39,867 nucleotides of DNA from a virus (IMGVR_UViG_3300022909_000052:1-39867), one strand, 5' to 3'. Positions 26,567 through 37,087 are shown, counted from the stretch's first letter. Program-made: numbers and translations. Notes: a model not told the origin generated them from the letters alone.

Positions 26567-27337
26567 TTAAGTGTTTCCGAACTTGTCACCCATTTGCATT
26601 CGGTCTTGAATCATTTGTTGTTGGACCTTGGGTGAGTAGTATTGGTTAGGATTTTCTCGACGTAAGTTCTGGTAGTAATTCCAGTTACGTACATTCGAGG
26701 CTTGCATGTTTACACCTTCGGTACGGACAGAACCTTGAACCATAGGGTTGAAGGATTTCTGTGGTTGACCAATAAGAGAGAAGAAAGCGGTGGGTGACTC
26801 AGCTGCAATATCACGCAAGCGTTCCATTGACATACCTAGTTCCCGTGCCTTCTCTTGGACTTTAGCAGCTGCTTCGGTACCAAAAGATTTCTGTAACTCT
26901 TGATCTACTTGTGTCAAGTTCTGTTTAATGACAGAATCTCGTTCACGTTTGACCAGTGTTTTTTCAACAAGGCTTTCCAAGTCGTTCTCACTAAGACTCG
27001 CAGTGGTGTTCTGTGTCTCCGTGCTACCATTATTATTGGGCGTTGCAGTTCCTACTGTGGTAGTTCCAGTAGCCTTGTTCTGCAACTGTTCAAGAAGCTG
27101 CGCTTGATAGTCTTGCTTCTTCATATCCTCTCGTAGAGTAGCTAGCTGATCTTCTAGATTTTTAATGTAGCCATCTGCTTCGAGTTTACCTTTAGCTAAG
27201 ACTTCAGGATCTTTCCAGTTCTCTCCCTTTGCCTCTACGAGTTTCTGCAAGTAAGATTCCTGTGGTGCGGTTTCTAGCTGCGTCTGCTCTGTCAACTGCT
27301 CGGGCTGTTCGGTTGCAGCCAAGTCAGAAAATACCAT
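26567..27337 (-). CDS. Capsid scaffolding protein
   Basis: Gln/Glu-rich coiled coil between portal and capsid; AAGGA SD favours ATG 27337. Confidence 0.75.
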   Translation of the reverse strand: MVFSDLAATEQPEQLTEQTQLETAPQESYLQKLVEAKGENWKDPEVLAKGKLEADGYIKNLEDQLATLREDMKKQDYQAQLLEQLQNKATGTTTVGTATPNNNGSTETQNTTASLSENDLESLVEKTLVKRERDSVIKQNLTQVDQELQKSFGTEAAAKVQEKARELGMSMERLRDIAAESPTAFFSLIGQPQKSFNPMVQGSVRTEGVNMQASNVRNWNYYQNLRRENPNQYYSPKVQQQMIQDRMQMGDKFGNT

Positions 27338-27341
27338 AATT

Positions 27342-27584
27342 TTATTCCTTGTCCAGATTGATGATATCAAGCACTTGGTTTAGTGCTCGGTTATACCCGA
27401 TGCGATCAGCCTGTTTATAGGCCCACGACGGGCTGTCATAATCAGTTGACGATGGGGTTTCCTTGAGAAGAGACTCAAGAATACTTTCAAGACGAAGGAG
27501 ACTTTCTCGGTTAGACATAATTAGTTGTCTGACCTTTTCTTTATCCTCTTTCGTCTTACATTGTTTAAACCATTGGGCCTTCAT
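27342..27584 (-). CDS. Small hypothetical protein between portal and scaffold
   Basis: TAATG-coupled to the portal gene. Confidence 0.8.
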   Translation of the reverse strand: MKAQWFKQCKTKEDKEKVRQLIMSNRESLLRLESILESLLKETPSSTDYDSPSWAYKQADRIGYNRALNQVLDIINLDKE

Positions 27585-29326
27585 TAAACACCCATTTCTT
27601 GTTTCATTGCTAACATCTCTTGGTTCTGCATCTCTGCTTCTTGGACTTCTTGTTGTGTCTCAAGTTGTTCAGCAACTGCAATGTTCTCTGAGAACAAAGT
27701 AGGTTCGCCAAGTTCTTCCGCAAGAATACGAGCAAATTCTTTACCCGACATGTGTGCAGCAACGCTAGGGTCTGACAGTTTAATCTGATATAGCTGTGTA
27801 AGGCTTTGTACTCGACGCGCACGTTCTGCAAAGTGACGGGCACCTATAGGAACAATCTTACCGTTAGCTGTGATGTCATCCTTAGTTACTGTTTGGAATA
27901 TGACAGCATTGGTAGAAGAATCAAATACACGTAGAGTATCCGCTACGTTCATTTTACGACGAGATATCTCAAACATAGCATTCAGGACAGGCTCTAAGAA
28001 CACACGTTCAAAGTGAGCAGTCTTATGTTCAAAGATACGAGAGGCAGCATTCTGGAGTGTCTGTACCTCAAAGGCTGTCTTCTCACCTGCAGTACGGATA
28101 CCCATAGCCTGACGAGGTGCCCCTGCCATCTCTTCCATCTTGTCTTCTAGTAGACGGATCTGCATGTCAGCGTTTAATGCTGTAGCGTCTGGGGCTAGAT
28201 AACCTACATCGCCTTCGTCACCCATGTAGATACGTGTAGCTGGGGCAAAGTCAAAGTCTTCTACGTCACCACGGATCTTAAGAATTGGGTATGCAATCTG
28301 GTCGAATACGTCAGCTTTAAGGTTTTCCAAATGGTCAATGCGGTACTGCATACCTACAAGATTATCAAGAGGACCCATAGCGTATAGGTTGTCAGGGCGT
28401 GGCCTCCAACCTGCGTGGAAGATAGGCGCATGACCTAAGTAGCTTGGGTTTTCTTCATTAGATAAAACATAAGCACGATCAACTATTGTAATGATACGGT
28501 CTTTAAATAACTGGTCAGACGCTTCATCATAGTAATCACCGTAGAACGTAAGGATCTCTACATAGTTAGACTCGTAGTATTGTTGGATGGAAGTAAACCC
28601 ATCTGCAACATAACCCTCTGATTTATCCTGACGCTCTGAGCTACGTACAGCTGCACGAGCTTCTGTCATTTTGCTAAAGACATCCTTCATGTATTCTTTA
28701 GAAGGATCCTCTTCAACCATCTTTTTAATTTCACCTAATGTTTTAATTGATCGTATGATCTTAGGTGTCTTTTCAAATGATGAGGCTGTAGGATTAAAAC
28801 AAATGTCATATGGTGAGATACGTACAAGACGAGGACCTACGTAGTTAATTACAAGGTTGTCGTTTTCTTTAACATTGTAATTCTCTTCCCAAACAACAGT
28901 AGCGAAACAGTTACCGTATTGAATATAGTCATAAAGAATATCAGACGCTGTATTGACAAAAGAAGATTGAGCTACTTTGTTTTCCATGTAGGCTTGAATA
29001 GCGTCACGCTTAAACTTTACGTTGTCCTCTCGTGACTTTGCTTCAAACTTAAACCAAGTTTTTTGTGGAAACAATGTAGCAAAATAGTTTGCATGAAGGT
29101 TGTCCATAATCTGAGTAAGCTTTGGTGTAGTCGTACTGTTGGACCAAGGAAGCATAGCGTTCTTAGTAGTACGTGTGTCCGTCGCATAAAGATAGTTGCG
29201 AAGTTCTTTCCACTCTTCTACTTTCTTATCACGAAAGCTTGACCACTCACGCCAGCGGTCAGCAATCTGAACAGCAATGCTGTCTGATTCAATTACATTA
29301 TCTAAGTCGATTGTCTCACCAGCCAT
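27584..29326 (-). CDS. Portal protein
   Basis: 580 aa after terL, RISPYD..F.P and EKTAFEV motifs. Confidence 0.88.
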   Translation of the reverse strand: MAGETIDLDNVIESDSIAVQIADRWREWSSFRDKKVEEWKELRNYLYATDTRTTKNAMLPWSNSTTTPKLTQIMDNLHANYFATLFPQKTWFKFEAKSREDNVKFKRDAIQAYMENKVAQSSFVNTASDILYDYIQYGNCFATVVWEENYNVKENDNLVINYVGPRLVRISPYDICFNPTASSFEKTPKIIRSIKTLGEIKKMVEEDPSKEYMKDVFSKMTEARAAVRSSERQDKSEGYVADGFTSIQQYYESNYVEILTFYGDYYDEASDQLFKDRIITIVDRAYVLSNEENPSYLGHAPIFHAGWRPRPDNLYAMGPLDNLVGMQYRIDHLENLKADVFDQIAYPILKIRGDVEDFDFAPATRIYMGDEGDVGYLAPDATALNADMQIRLLEDKMEEMAGAPRQAMGIRTAGEKTAFEVQTLQNAASRIFEHKTAHFERVFLEPVLNAMFEISRRKMNVADTLRVFDSSTNAVIFQTVTKDDITANGKIVPIGARHFAERARRVQSLTQLYQIKLSDPSVAAHMSGKEFARILAEELGEPTLFSENIAVAEQLETQQEVQEAEMQNQEMLAMKQEMGV

Positions 29327-30861
29327 TAACCAGCACCTCTAAATCTATTATTAGCCCACACAATGTTTTGGCTACTACCCCTTTTTACATTACGTGCAGG
29401 TTTGACAGCCATGTCTACTACAGAAGCTAGAGCATCAATCACATCATCGTGTGGTGGATTACGGGACCCTAGTTCTTCCTCTAGTATTTGAGTATTACCA
29501 CCACGGTAGTGCCAGATACTTAAGTTATCATAGCGTGGTTCTAAGACAGATGAGATACGTTCTTGCTTATTACCGTGGTTTTTATTTGGACGGAACTCGT
29601 CGATACTTATGGCAAGTCCGTGTTGTTTGATAAGTTCTTTAAGTTGCTTGACGATTGCCATTTGTGCAACTGTTGTTTCAGCCCTGAGCTTTCGGAAGGA
29701 CCACTTGTTAGAGAGGTGGAGGATGTGCTCAAAGTAATCAGAGATTCGGTCAGTCCTGAATCTGTCGATGTCCAAGACGTATATGTTGTTTTCTGAGTCA
29801 ATGCCTATCACCACTATAGCTGTGTAGTCAGCACGTTTACCTAAGCTAAATGCGAAGTCAACAGCTGCGAATACATTTAGACGACGATCCTTGTAGAACA
29901 GATACCCGTTGTCTTCCCTTACGTGTTTCTGTTCGTAGTATTGGAACTTATCGGATGACACAGGTACGTTGTCTGGGTCAGATGGATCGTTGTAGTACTG
30001 TGCTCTAAACTGCCCTTTGTCTAAGTACTGACCACGTTTCTTTGCTAGGATCTTCATGTCAAAGCCGAACCACTTACCGTCCTTGCGTTGACTACGAGGC
30101 CATAACATCTGACCTGTACCGTCACCCCTGTCTTCTACTGGCTTTTCGAAGATCTCGTAGATGTTGTCTTCACCAATCTTCTCACCCTTGTCATCATATA
30201 GATCCTCTGTCATTTGAAGAAGATCGTTATACAAGTCAGCTGGATGGTAACGTGTACCTACGACCCACTCTTTTGCTTCAGCCCCTTCAATAGACGAGAG
30301 AAGAGAGTATTGGCTTTTGACTTTATTACGTCCTTCGCCTGTGTAAGCATTCTCGTACACAACGACATCATCCAAGACAGCAATGTCGCAGTGAAGTCCT
30401 GTAAGTGACGTAGTAAGACCACCAGTGAAGATCGAAGGATCTCTAACATTTTCTTTTTTCCTTAAAGGATGGTCTAACATAATCTCTGAGTTAGTCCATC
30501 GAGTTCGTTTACCTTCGTCAGCATGGACATGGTCAGGCCAGTACCGACGGAATGTATCAGATGTGAGAATACCCTTGACAAAACCTAATTGCTTCTCAGC
30601 TAGGTTAGCTGTAGCAGATATGTATAGTATACGCAATGTTGGGTTCTTTGTCAATTCCCAAGCGACACGATATGCAATTAATCTTGACTTACCGTGGTCA
30701 CGAGGGAACAGTAGTAGCTGATGAGACTTAGCACCCTCACGTGTCCACCAGTTACAGACATCCTCATGGCATTGCCCTAGGACTTGTTCAGGTGCTACAA
30801 GCTTAATGAAAGTAACTAAGTCACTCTCAGCTGCGTGACGTATTTGCTCTAGGGTAGCCAA
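29326..30861 (-). CDS. terL: Terminase large subunit
   Basis: PRDHGKS Walker A, VLDD Walker B, GTRYH, VDFA..ADYTA, HDDVIDAL. Confidence 0.95.
   Translation of the reverse strand: MATLEQIRHAAESDLVTFIKLVAPEQVLGQCHEDVCNWWTREGAKSHQLLLFPRDHGKSRLIAYRVAWELTKNPTLRILYISATANLAEKQLGFVKGILTSDTFRRYWPDHVHADEGKRTRWTNSEIMLDHPLRKKENVRDPSIFTGGLTTSLTGLHCDIAVLDDVVVYENAYTGEGRNKVKSQYSLLSSIEGAEAKEWVVGTRYHPADLYNDLLQMTEDLYDDKGEKIGEDNIYEIFEKPVEDRGDGTGQMLWPRSQRKDGKWFGFDMKILAKKRGQYLDKGQFRAQYYNDPSDPDNVPVSSDKFQYYEQKHVREDNGYLFYKDRRLNVFAAVDFAFSLGKRADYTAIVVIGIDSENNIYVLDIDRFRTDRISDYFEHILHLSNKWSFRKLRAETTVAQMAIVKQLKELIKQHGLAISIDEFRPNKNHGNKQERISSVLEPRYDNLSIWHYRGGNTQILEEELGSRNPPHDDVIDALASVVDMAVKPARNVKRGSSQNIVWANNRFRGAG
30626..30654 (-). 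promoter_or_regulatory. Internal sigma70-type promoter within terL
   Basis: TTGACA-N17-TATACT. Confidence 0.5.
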
Positions 30862-30864
30862 GGT

Positions 30865-31407
30865 TTACTCAGGCCAGTCTGCTATGGGTGCATTCCCAGT
30901 TGGGTTTCCATCTGCATCTGTAGGCGCATCAAACAACGCCATGAATGCGGTGTGATCTGCGGCAGCATCAATAGCCGCCTCGATTGTGTTCGACGCTGTG
31001 CGGATAGCTGCACGGGCTGTCAGAACATTTGCGGGGACAGTGTAATCGGCAACCTCAGATGCCTTGATAACCATCCAATCTGTAGGCTGTAACAACCCAC
31101 CAGCCTGTGCTTTGATCGTGGCTTTCCACTGTGACTTTAGGCCAAGGGTAACAACCTGATTACCGTCTTCATCCAAGACAGGGTTGTTGTCTACGTCCAC
31201 CTCGTTCACATCGTCCAATGCTTTAGGTGTATTAGCATCCCAATAGAACCGACTGTCATAGGTTGCTGCATCAGCTTCCCAAGTCAGACCAGCCGCAGCT
31301 TTGTCTGCCTCTGACCATGTGGCCCAGTTGCTAGGGTGTGTTACGCCATCGTTGTTCGTCCAAGACTTGCCAACTCGGACGACCTTTCCACTATATTTCC
31401 AAGGCAT
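30865..31407 (-). CDS. Probable tail-fibre assembly/chaperone protein
   Basis: LL..TDWMV...R.A.R and terminal WP motifs; directly after the fibre gene; GGAGG SD. Confidence 0.7.
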   Translation of the reverse strand: MPWKYSGKVVRVGKSWTNNDGVTHPSNWATWSEADKAAAGLTWEADAATYDSRFYWDANTPKALDDVNEVDVDNNPVLDEDGNQVVTLGLKSQWKATIKAQAGGLLQPTDWMVIKASEVADYTVPANVLTARAAIRTASNTIEAAIDAAADHTAFMALFDAPTDADGNPTGNAPIADWPE

Positions 31408-31419
31408 GTTGTTGGCCTC

Positions 31420-34400
31420 CTATCTTGCGTTACTGTATTTGAATGGGTTCTCGGCAAATGCCATGTAGATGTATGTAGAGCCTGATGCGTTATTTTCGGC
31501 TGAATTTACTCTCGGCTTAAACCCATTACTCAAAAAGTCTGCCCTATCTGCCGTAACTTCTGTGTTTCCTAAGTTGGCATAAAGTTCACTGTTGCTTGGG
31601 TTGTAGCCGAGAGCCTTGTTGTTTTGAATTAACCAGTTGCCTGTGTTATTAGTCCGTTTAACCATCACAAACGCAGGTCTAAACCCAGTGTACACAAACG
31701 GCCCATCTGTCGAACCATTGCCTGTGTAGCTGCCGATCTTGCTATAGCCTTCAACGCTGTGGAAACAGTAGGCGATGTGATTAGCACCTGATTGATTGGT
31801 GTAGTTATCATAAACAGTAAATACTGTATCTGAATTTGAGTCAGGCCCACCATTTCCTGCCGCATTGGCTAAATCTAAATAAAAATAATCATAAGAACCA
31901 TCAATGGCAGTTGTAAAAGAGGCCCACTCAATAGCAGCACTACGGTTTTTTTGCAGAATAAGTTGCGGAAATTGTGTTAATCCGTGACCGACAGTAGAAC
32001 CAGAAATGCCATTCCCAGTATAACCAACAATACTAAACCCAGCCGTTGTGTTCGCTGACACTGTGCTAGTGATGGAGCCATCGGTGTTGGTTGTGCCAGA
32101 TGTGTTGTCGGCTTTCCAGTTCCATGCGACGTAGGATGCACTATTTTCATTTGTGCCAATTTTACTATCTAAACTAAATCCATCCGCATCAAAAGATGTT
32201 ACACCATCAAGAGATGCGTAAGTAGCTTCTGCTGAAGTTGCGTTTGTATAGAGGCCATTAGCAACCCCACGAACACTGTCAAAAACTCGGTGATAGTAAG
32301 CAATGCTTCTAGTCTTAATCCAAGTAAAGTCAGGCTGGAACCCTACACCTGTAATACTCTGCGTTGAGGCATTACCTGTATACAACACCGTATTGAAATG
32401 CTCAGACCCATCCTTAATAACAGGATCAGGCAGGTTATCTGTACACAGTGCTAGGTATCCCGCTGGTGGCTCATAGTAGAAGTCACCAATGCCGTTTGCG
32501 TCTTGGTATCCTTGGGCTGTTTTGTTACCTGCGAAGGAACTGTCTTGGCCGAAGTTGGCATATTGCCTAGATGATTGAACAGTAATGCCACCGACAAAAG
32601 TTCCAGACAAGGAACTAAACGCAGTGCCTTGGCTAGTATTATTGTGATAAAATGTCATTGTGCCGCTATCCAAATCTAAAGCACAACCAATAACATCTCC
32701 CGCACTAAATCCTGTGCCATAAGCTGCCGACGAATTATTATTATATGTTACTCCAGTGTAAAAATAAGAATAACTATTTGATTTCTTTCCTAAATACATA
32801 TTGTTTTCAGAAAAGAATGTTGAAGGTTCATCAACATTCATCCAACCAACGGCAGGATATGTATTATCGTATATGAAAACTTCAAAATACCACTTGCCGC
32901 TTGATACAGGAATTGTAGACAAAGACGTAGAATAAGAAGCTGTGCTTTCATAAACTGATAAGTTGCCCTCAGACAAAACAGGTAAAGAACCAACCGAATT
33001 TTTACCACAAGCAATCGGAGACAAAGTAGCAAAGTTATTCAACGGACTATCCAAAGAGATGTCACTCTCTTGCATATTGTTGTTAGTCCAATCGTTGTTG
33101 TTACCTGACTGGTCTAGCCAGAATGCAGCTTCTCGCTTGTCTGCAAAGGCCATGTAGATGTAGGTGCCACCTGATGCGTTAAATGCACCAATCGTGCTAT
33201 TTACAGTAAAGCCTGTGTCCGTAAAATCGCAATATTGAGTTTGGGTTTCAGCAAAATTTAAATTAGCTGCAAGCCAAAGATCTTTAGGGTTTGTTACCTT
33301 CCTAGTGTTATCAAATATAAACCAACTATCACCAGATACGTCTGTTCGTTTCACCATAACAAACGCAGGTTTAAATCCTGTCGTAACAGTATTGCCAGAT
33401 GCACCCGTACCCACATAAGACCCAAAGGACGAATACCCTGCGACACTGTGGAAGCAGTACATGATGTATGGATCATTACCGTTTATTAAATAACCAGCCC
33501 CCATTGTAACAACAGAGGATGTTGGTGCTGTGTTTTGGAAAGCACCACTAGATGAAATAGCCGTATCTGTTGTATTTAAGCGTAAGAAGGTATTCCAAGT
33601 AGCACTTTCATGTCCTACAAGCCAATCATAAAGACTTGTACGAGATTTCACAATAACCATCTCAGGGGCAGAAGAAAGTCCATGCCCAACAGTAGCACCT
33701 GCTGTTCCATTACCAGTATAGCTAACAATACTCTGCCCATACGCTGGGTTAGCCTTCACGGTGCTGGTGATTGATCCGTCTGTGTTGGATACTGGGGAAC
33801 CCGTACCCATGTCCCATGACCATGCAACGTAGGTATGAGAACTACTATTTAATCCAACATTAGTTCCAATAGTAAATCCATCAGTATCAAAAGATTGCAC
33901 TAAATCTGAACCTGTTAATTCCGCATCAGTTTTATTAGAGAATATTCTTTTTGTAGGGCCTCTAACAGTATCATACCATTGATGATCATAAGTGGTAGAA
34001 CGAGATTTAATCCAAACCAAGTCAGGCTCAAACCCAACACCACCTACATACTGAGTGCCACCATTCCCCCGATAGGTTACAGTGTTAAACCCCTCAACAG
34101 AATAGTCATTGGTAAACGGCAGGTAAAAGCCATTCGTGCCATAGGTTAAGCTAGGTGCAATGATAGGAACCCACTGACCATTGGCATCCGTTTCACCAAA
34201 AGATGTAGGGTCTAGGGCAAGCCCGTCTACGAAGTTGACTTCTGCCATGTAGCCATCAAATAAATTTGAAGCTGTCCAAAGCGCACCAACGTGATGTACG
34301 TTTGTACTATTTACTAAACCATCAACGTTTAGTTGAGGATATGTGCTTCCTGCATAGCTGGTGATTTCTTCACCGTTTACATAGTGTTTTATTCTATCCG

Positions 34401-34767
34401 TAGAAATGGCTTGAGTTGTGTCAACGGCGACAACAATATGATACCAAGCAGAAGGATCACGAAACACAGCACTAGATTGAAAGCTAAACTTTGGTGAATA
34501 ATTTATTGTGCAAGCATGTACAAAATAACCGCTTGAAAAATAAATATCATCACGGCTTCCTATGTCTGGCCCTGCATGAAAAACACCTAAGTTACCAGTG
34601 CTAGATAATTTAACCCAAGCAGAAAAAGTATATGTCTTGCGATTGCTTGCTGTCGTAGGTGTACGACTTAGATAAGCAACATCATCATCGTTAAAGCGTA
34701 ATGATTGGCTACTCTCAGTAGGAGCACCTTTAGTCATAAAATTATGGGAGCCAAAAGGACCTGACAT
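31420..34767 (-). CDS. Receptor-binding tail fibre: LamG-like domain, duplicated beta module and SPRY-like domain
   Basis: RDPSAWYH (LamG-like), SSGKWYFE...GDVIG.ALD.D (SPRY-like), two copies of F.TV.Y.GN...YIYMAFA. Confidence 0.85.
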   Translation of the reverse strand: MSGPFGSHNFMTKGAPTESSQSLRFNDDDVAYLSRTPTTASNRKTYTFSAWVKLSSTGNLGVFHAGPDIGSRDDIYFSSGYFVHACTINYSPKFSFQSSAVFRDPSAWYHIVVAVDTTQAISTDRIKHYVNGEEITSYAGSTYPQLNVDGLVNSTNVHHVGALWTASNLFDGYMAEVNFVDGLALDPTSFGETDANGQWVPIIAPSLTYGTNGFYLPFTNDYSVEGFNTVTYRGNGGTQYVGGVGFEPDLVWIKSRSTTYDHQWYDTVRGPTKRIFSNKTDAELTGSDLVQSFDTDGFTIGTNVGLNSSSHTYVAWSWDMGTGSPVSNTDGSITSTVKANPAYGQSIVSYTGNGTAGATVGHGLSSAPEMVIVKSRTSLYDWLVGHESATWNTFLRLNTTDTAISSSGAFQNTAPTSSVVTMGAGYLINGNDPYIMYCFHSVAGYSSFGSYVGTGASGNTVTTGFKPAFVMVKRTDVSGDSWFIFDNTRKVTNPKDLWLAANLNFAETQTQYCDFTDTGFTVNSTIGAFNASGGTYIYMAFADKREAAFWLDQSGNNNDWTNNNMQESDISLDSPLNNFATLSPIACGKNSVGSLPVLSEGNLSVYESTASYSTSLSTIPVSSGKWYFEVFIYDNTYPAVGWMNVDEPSTFFSENNMYLGKKSNSYSYFYTGVTYNNNSSAAYGTGFSAGDVIGCALDLDSGTMTFYHNNTSQGTAFSSLSGTFVGGITVQSSRQYANFGQDSSFAGNKTAQGYQDANGIGDFYYEPPAGYLALCTDNLPDPVIKDGSEHFNTVLYTGNASTQSITGVGFQPDFTWIKTRSIAYYHRVFDSVRGVANGLYTNATSAEATYASLDGVTSFDADGFSLDSKIGTNENSASYVAWNWKADNTSGTTNTDGSITSTVSANTTAGFSIVGYTGNGISGSTVGHGLTQFPQLILQKNRSAAIEWASFTTAIDGSYDYFYLDLANAAGNGGPDSNSDTVFTVYDNYTNQSGANHIAYCFHSVEGYSKIGSYTGNGSTDGPFVYTGFRPAFVMVKRTNNTGNWLIQNNKALGYNPSNSELYANLGNTEVTADRADFLSNGFKPRVNSAENNASGSTYIYMAFAENPFKYSNAR

Positions 34768-34776
34768 AATTATTCC

Positions 34777-35166
34777 TTATGCGAATGCTAGTAGGACTGA
34801 ACCTAGTAGAATACGGTTTGTATCTATAACGATATACGGGATAACATCTGTAGTGTTGGCGGCTGTTGACAATGTAACACCTGCGGCACCAGCCGTTTCA
34901 TAGTCAGCATCTAATGACAGGGTATGACCACCTGTACCGTCTTGGATTAAGACAATAAAACCTGACTGACCTACTTGCTCTGTCGTAGGATTAGCCAGAG
35001 TGACATTACCTGTTAAAGTCAGGATAAAGTTCTGATTCTCAGAAAAGTCAAGTGTGACGTTGCCTGTAGCATTAGTATTTTCGAAAGTACTAGCTACAGC
35101 TGTGTCTACAGTGATGTTCCCTAAGTTGTTACTAGCTAAAGGGCTCGGACCGATATAACCACCCAT
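34777..35166 (-). CDS. Tail-fibre-associated protein
   Basis: MGGYIG start; TLTGNVTL.NP..GQSG.I...QDGTGG motif. Confidence 0.7.
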   Translation of the reverse strand: MGGYIGPSPLASNNLGNITVDTAVASTFENTNATGNVTLDFSENQNFILTLTGNVTLANPTTEQVGQSGFIVLIQDGTGGHTLSLDADYETAGAAGVTLSTAANTTDVIPYIVIDTNRILLGSVLLAFA

Positions 35167-35474
35167 TATGTTTGCTCCAATACACTTACGATAACGTCTG
35201 CACTATTTGCCGTGTCACTCTCAACAAAGACAGTATCACCTGTCTCTAAAATGATCTTACCGTCTAAAACGGATATAGCAGATCCTGCAGGAATAATAAC
35301 GCCTTTGACGATATACACTCCCTTAACTCTGACATCTACGTTAATGGTTGAGGATGAAATGTTAGCTATATTACAGCCGATCATAACAGACGTAGTTCCT
35401 GAAGGGACAGTATAGATACCTTGCCCTGTGACACCTATTGAGCTTGTCACGTAGTTTTTAAATGTGTTAGCCAT
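35166..35474 (-). CDS. Tail-fibre adaptor-like protein (MANTFKN type)
   Basis: MANTFKN...KIILETGD...SVLE pattern seen in marine phage fibre clusters. Confidence 0.7.
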   Translation of the reverse strand: MANTFKNYVTSSIGVTGQGIYTVPSGTTSVMIGCNIANISSSTINVDVRVKGVYIVKGVIIPAGSAISVLDGKIILETGDTVFVESDTANSADVIVSVLEQT

Positions 35475-35497
35475 ACTGTCCCTCTAGGGTCTACTTA

Positions 35498-35947
35498 TTA
35501 AACGTCATCAATTAGTGCAGCTACTAGACACTCAACTGAACCAGCTGAACTAATAGCTTTGATGTTGCCTACGATTGCATTAGGTAAACGTAGAGCCAAG
35601 GCTTGGCTTGGTCCTAGTGTAATACCAGCCGTGGCTGCCGCCGAAGCTGCAGAACCATCTAGTGTCAAATAGACAGACTCAGTTGCGTCTGTATTCTTGA
35701 CAAAAAGAAATTTAACTAAGTCAGCTGCAGTGTTGATTGCTACAGGTGCAGTTGCTGAGTCCACAGCTGTGTAGTCTGTGAAGTAACCTGTCATTAAGTT
35801 TTGACTGGTGTTTGGTACACTTGTTAGTTTGTAGTACCACTTGTCGTTACCATCCTCAGGACTTACCGCTAAAGTCGCTGAGAATGTCTTTTGTATTTCA
35901 TCAGGCAACACCGTTGCCGTGATTTGTACGCTTGCTCCGTCGGCCAT
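35498..35947 (-). CDS. Probable virion structural protein
   Basis: AAGGAG SD, beta-rich, within the fibre cluster. Confidence 0.7.
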   Translation of the reverse strand: MADGASVQITATVLPDEIQKTFSATLAVSPEDGNDKWYYKLTSVPNTSQNLMTGYFTDYTAVDSATAPVAINTAADLVKFLFVKNTDATESVYLTLDGSAASAAATAGITLGPSQALALRLPNAIVGNIKAISSAGSVECLVAALIDDV

Positions 35948-35963
35948 CTGTTAATCTCCTTTA

Positions 35964-36500
35964 CTAGCCTAGTGCGATTGCGAGGGCCAACGCCTCGTCT
36001 GATGTAGTTCCACCTAAGTTTTCTAGGGCTTGTACTGCCGTAGTAGCCCCTGTACCACCTTGTGAAATAGGTAGGCCTGTGATGGGAAGAACTGAGTAGC
36101 CAGCCACAAACTTAGAACCATCAAAAACTTGAAGAGAACTTGTGCTGGTATTGAAGTATAAAGCCCCTAGGGATAGAGGATCACCGTCTGTATCAGTTGT
36201 AGGATCAGCTGCGTAGGACCCTAGGTAGATATCAGTAAACTCGTCTAGGGCTGCCTCTGTGTCTCTCTTAAGTGATCTGACAGTAGAGACTAGGTCTTCA
36301 CCCGACTCATCTGTAATTGTCTTAACGTTGATCAGGTCATTCGAGTTCATGTCTAGGTCAGACAACATTGCATTAGGGACTGATCCGTCCCGTGACACAG
36401 TGTTATCAAATGCCTGACGTAATGCCTCGAAGTTAGCGTTCAAGGTTGTCGTAGAGGCATAGCCTGAGCTAATTGTCGTTAGGGATGGTTTCTTTGCCAT
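35964..36500 (-). CDS. Tail-fibre anchor (proximal) protein
   Basis: LN.NF....F.NT.SRDG..PN.M..DLDMN N-terminus, LP..QGGTGAT repeat, ALAIALG end. Confidence 0.75.
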   Translation of the reverse strand: MAKKPSLTTISSGYASTTTLNANFEALRQAFDNTVSRDGSVPNAMLSDLDMNSNDLINVKTITDESGEDLVSTVRSLKRDTEAALDEFTDIYLGSYAADPTTDTDGDPLSLGALYFNTSTSSLQVFDGSKFVAGYSVLPITGLPISQGGTGATTAVQALENLGGTTSDEALALAIALG

Positions 36501-36501
36501 G

Positions 36502-37026
36502 CTACTGAATCTTTATTCCTAAACGGTCTGCATCCTCTGACAGAAGAGACAGAGCTTGTTTGTTTTGTTCTTCTTCTTCTTTAGCCTTAAGCTTCCTCTT
36601 GGCTTGTGAGACATTGTCCTTATCTAGCCATCCCTTCTCTAATAGAAGTTTAGCTGCACTAAACGAACTACGACCACCTTCCTTCATCTCTGTAGCAATA
36701 GCTTGGATAGCCTGAGACTTAACTTTGATCTCTACCTCGTTACGCCACTTCTTGACAAAGGGTGCTATCTGGGGTGCTCTCTGGATCTTATCCCAGACTT
36801 CCCATGAACCGAAGACTGTCTGTGCGAACTCGTACTCCGTGGGATCGTTAGGGACCATAGCTACGTAGATCTGTTGCAGAGACACCATCATACGACCATT
36901 GACCTCTAGGTCATGCTCCTTCGTTGTGAAGATAGCAAACTCAGGGTCATGATAGGATAACTCGTAGAACAGGCTCTTAGTCCGTGTAATACCGTTAGCT
37001 GTCTTTAGTTGGTCAAAGGTGAACAT
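36502..37026 (-). CDS. First late-arm gene, possible terminase small subunit
   Basis: ORF is secure; TerS identity inferred from size, helical character and AAK.LL..G motif. Confidence 0.5.
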   Translation of the reverse strand: MFTFDQLKTANGITRTKSLFYELSYHDPEFAIFTTKEHDLEVNGRMMVSLQQIYVAMVPNDPTEYEFAQTVFGSWEVWDKIQRAPQIAPFVKKWRNEVEIKVKSQAIQAIATEMKEGGRSSFSAAKLLLEKGWLDKDNVSQAKRKLKAKEEEEQNKQALSLLSEDADRLGIKIQ

Positions 37027-37057
37027 GGTTATTCCAGAAAAACGAATCACTATTGTT

Positions 37058-37087
37058 ATAGTAGCACGTATGGTATTACTTTGTCAA
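37058..37087 (-). promoter_or_regulatory. Promoter for the structural arm
   Basis: TTGACA-N18-TACTAT with an extended -10 TG. Confidence 0.7.

Noticed and set aside
31420-34767. Diversity-generating retroelement acting on the fibre repeats
   Set aside because: No reverse transcriptase in the genome; the copies are both coding and not adenine-specifically diverged
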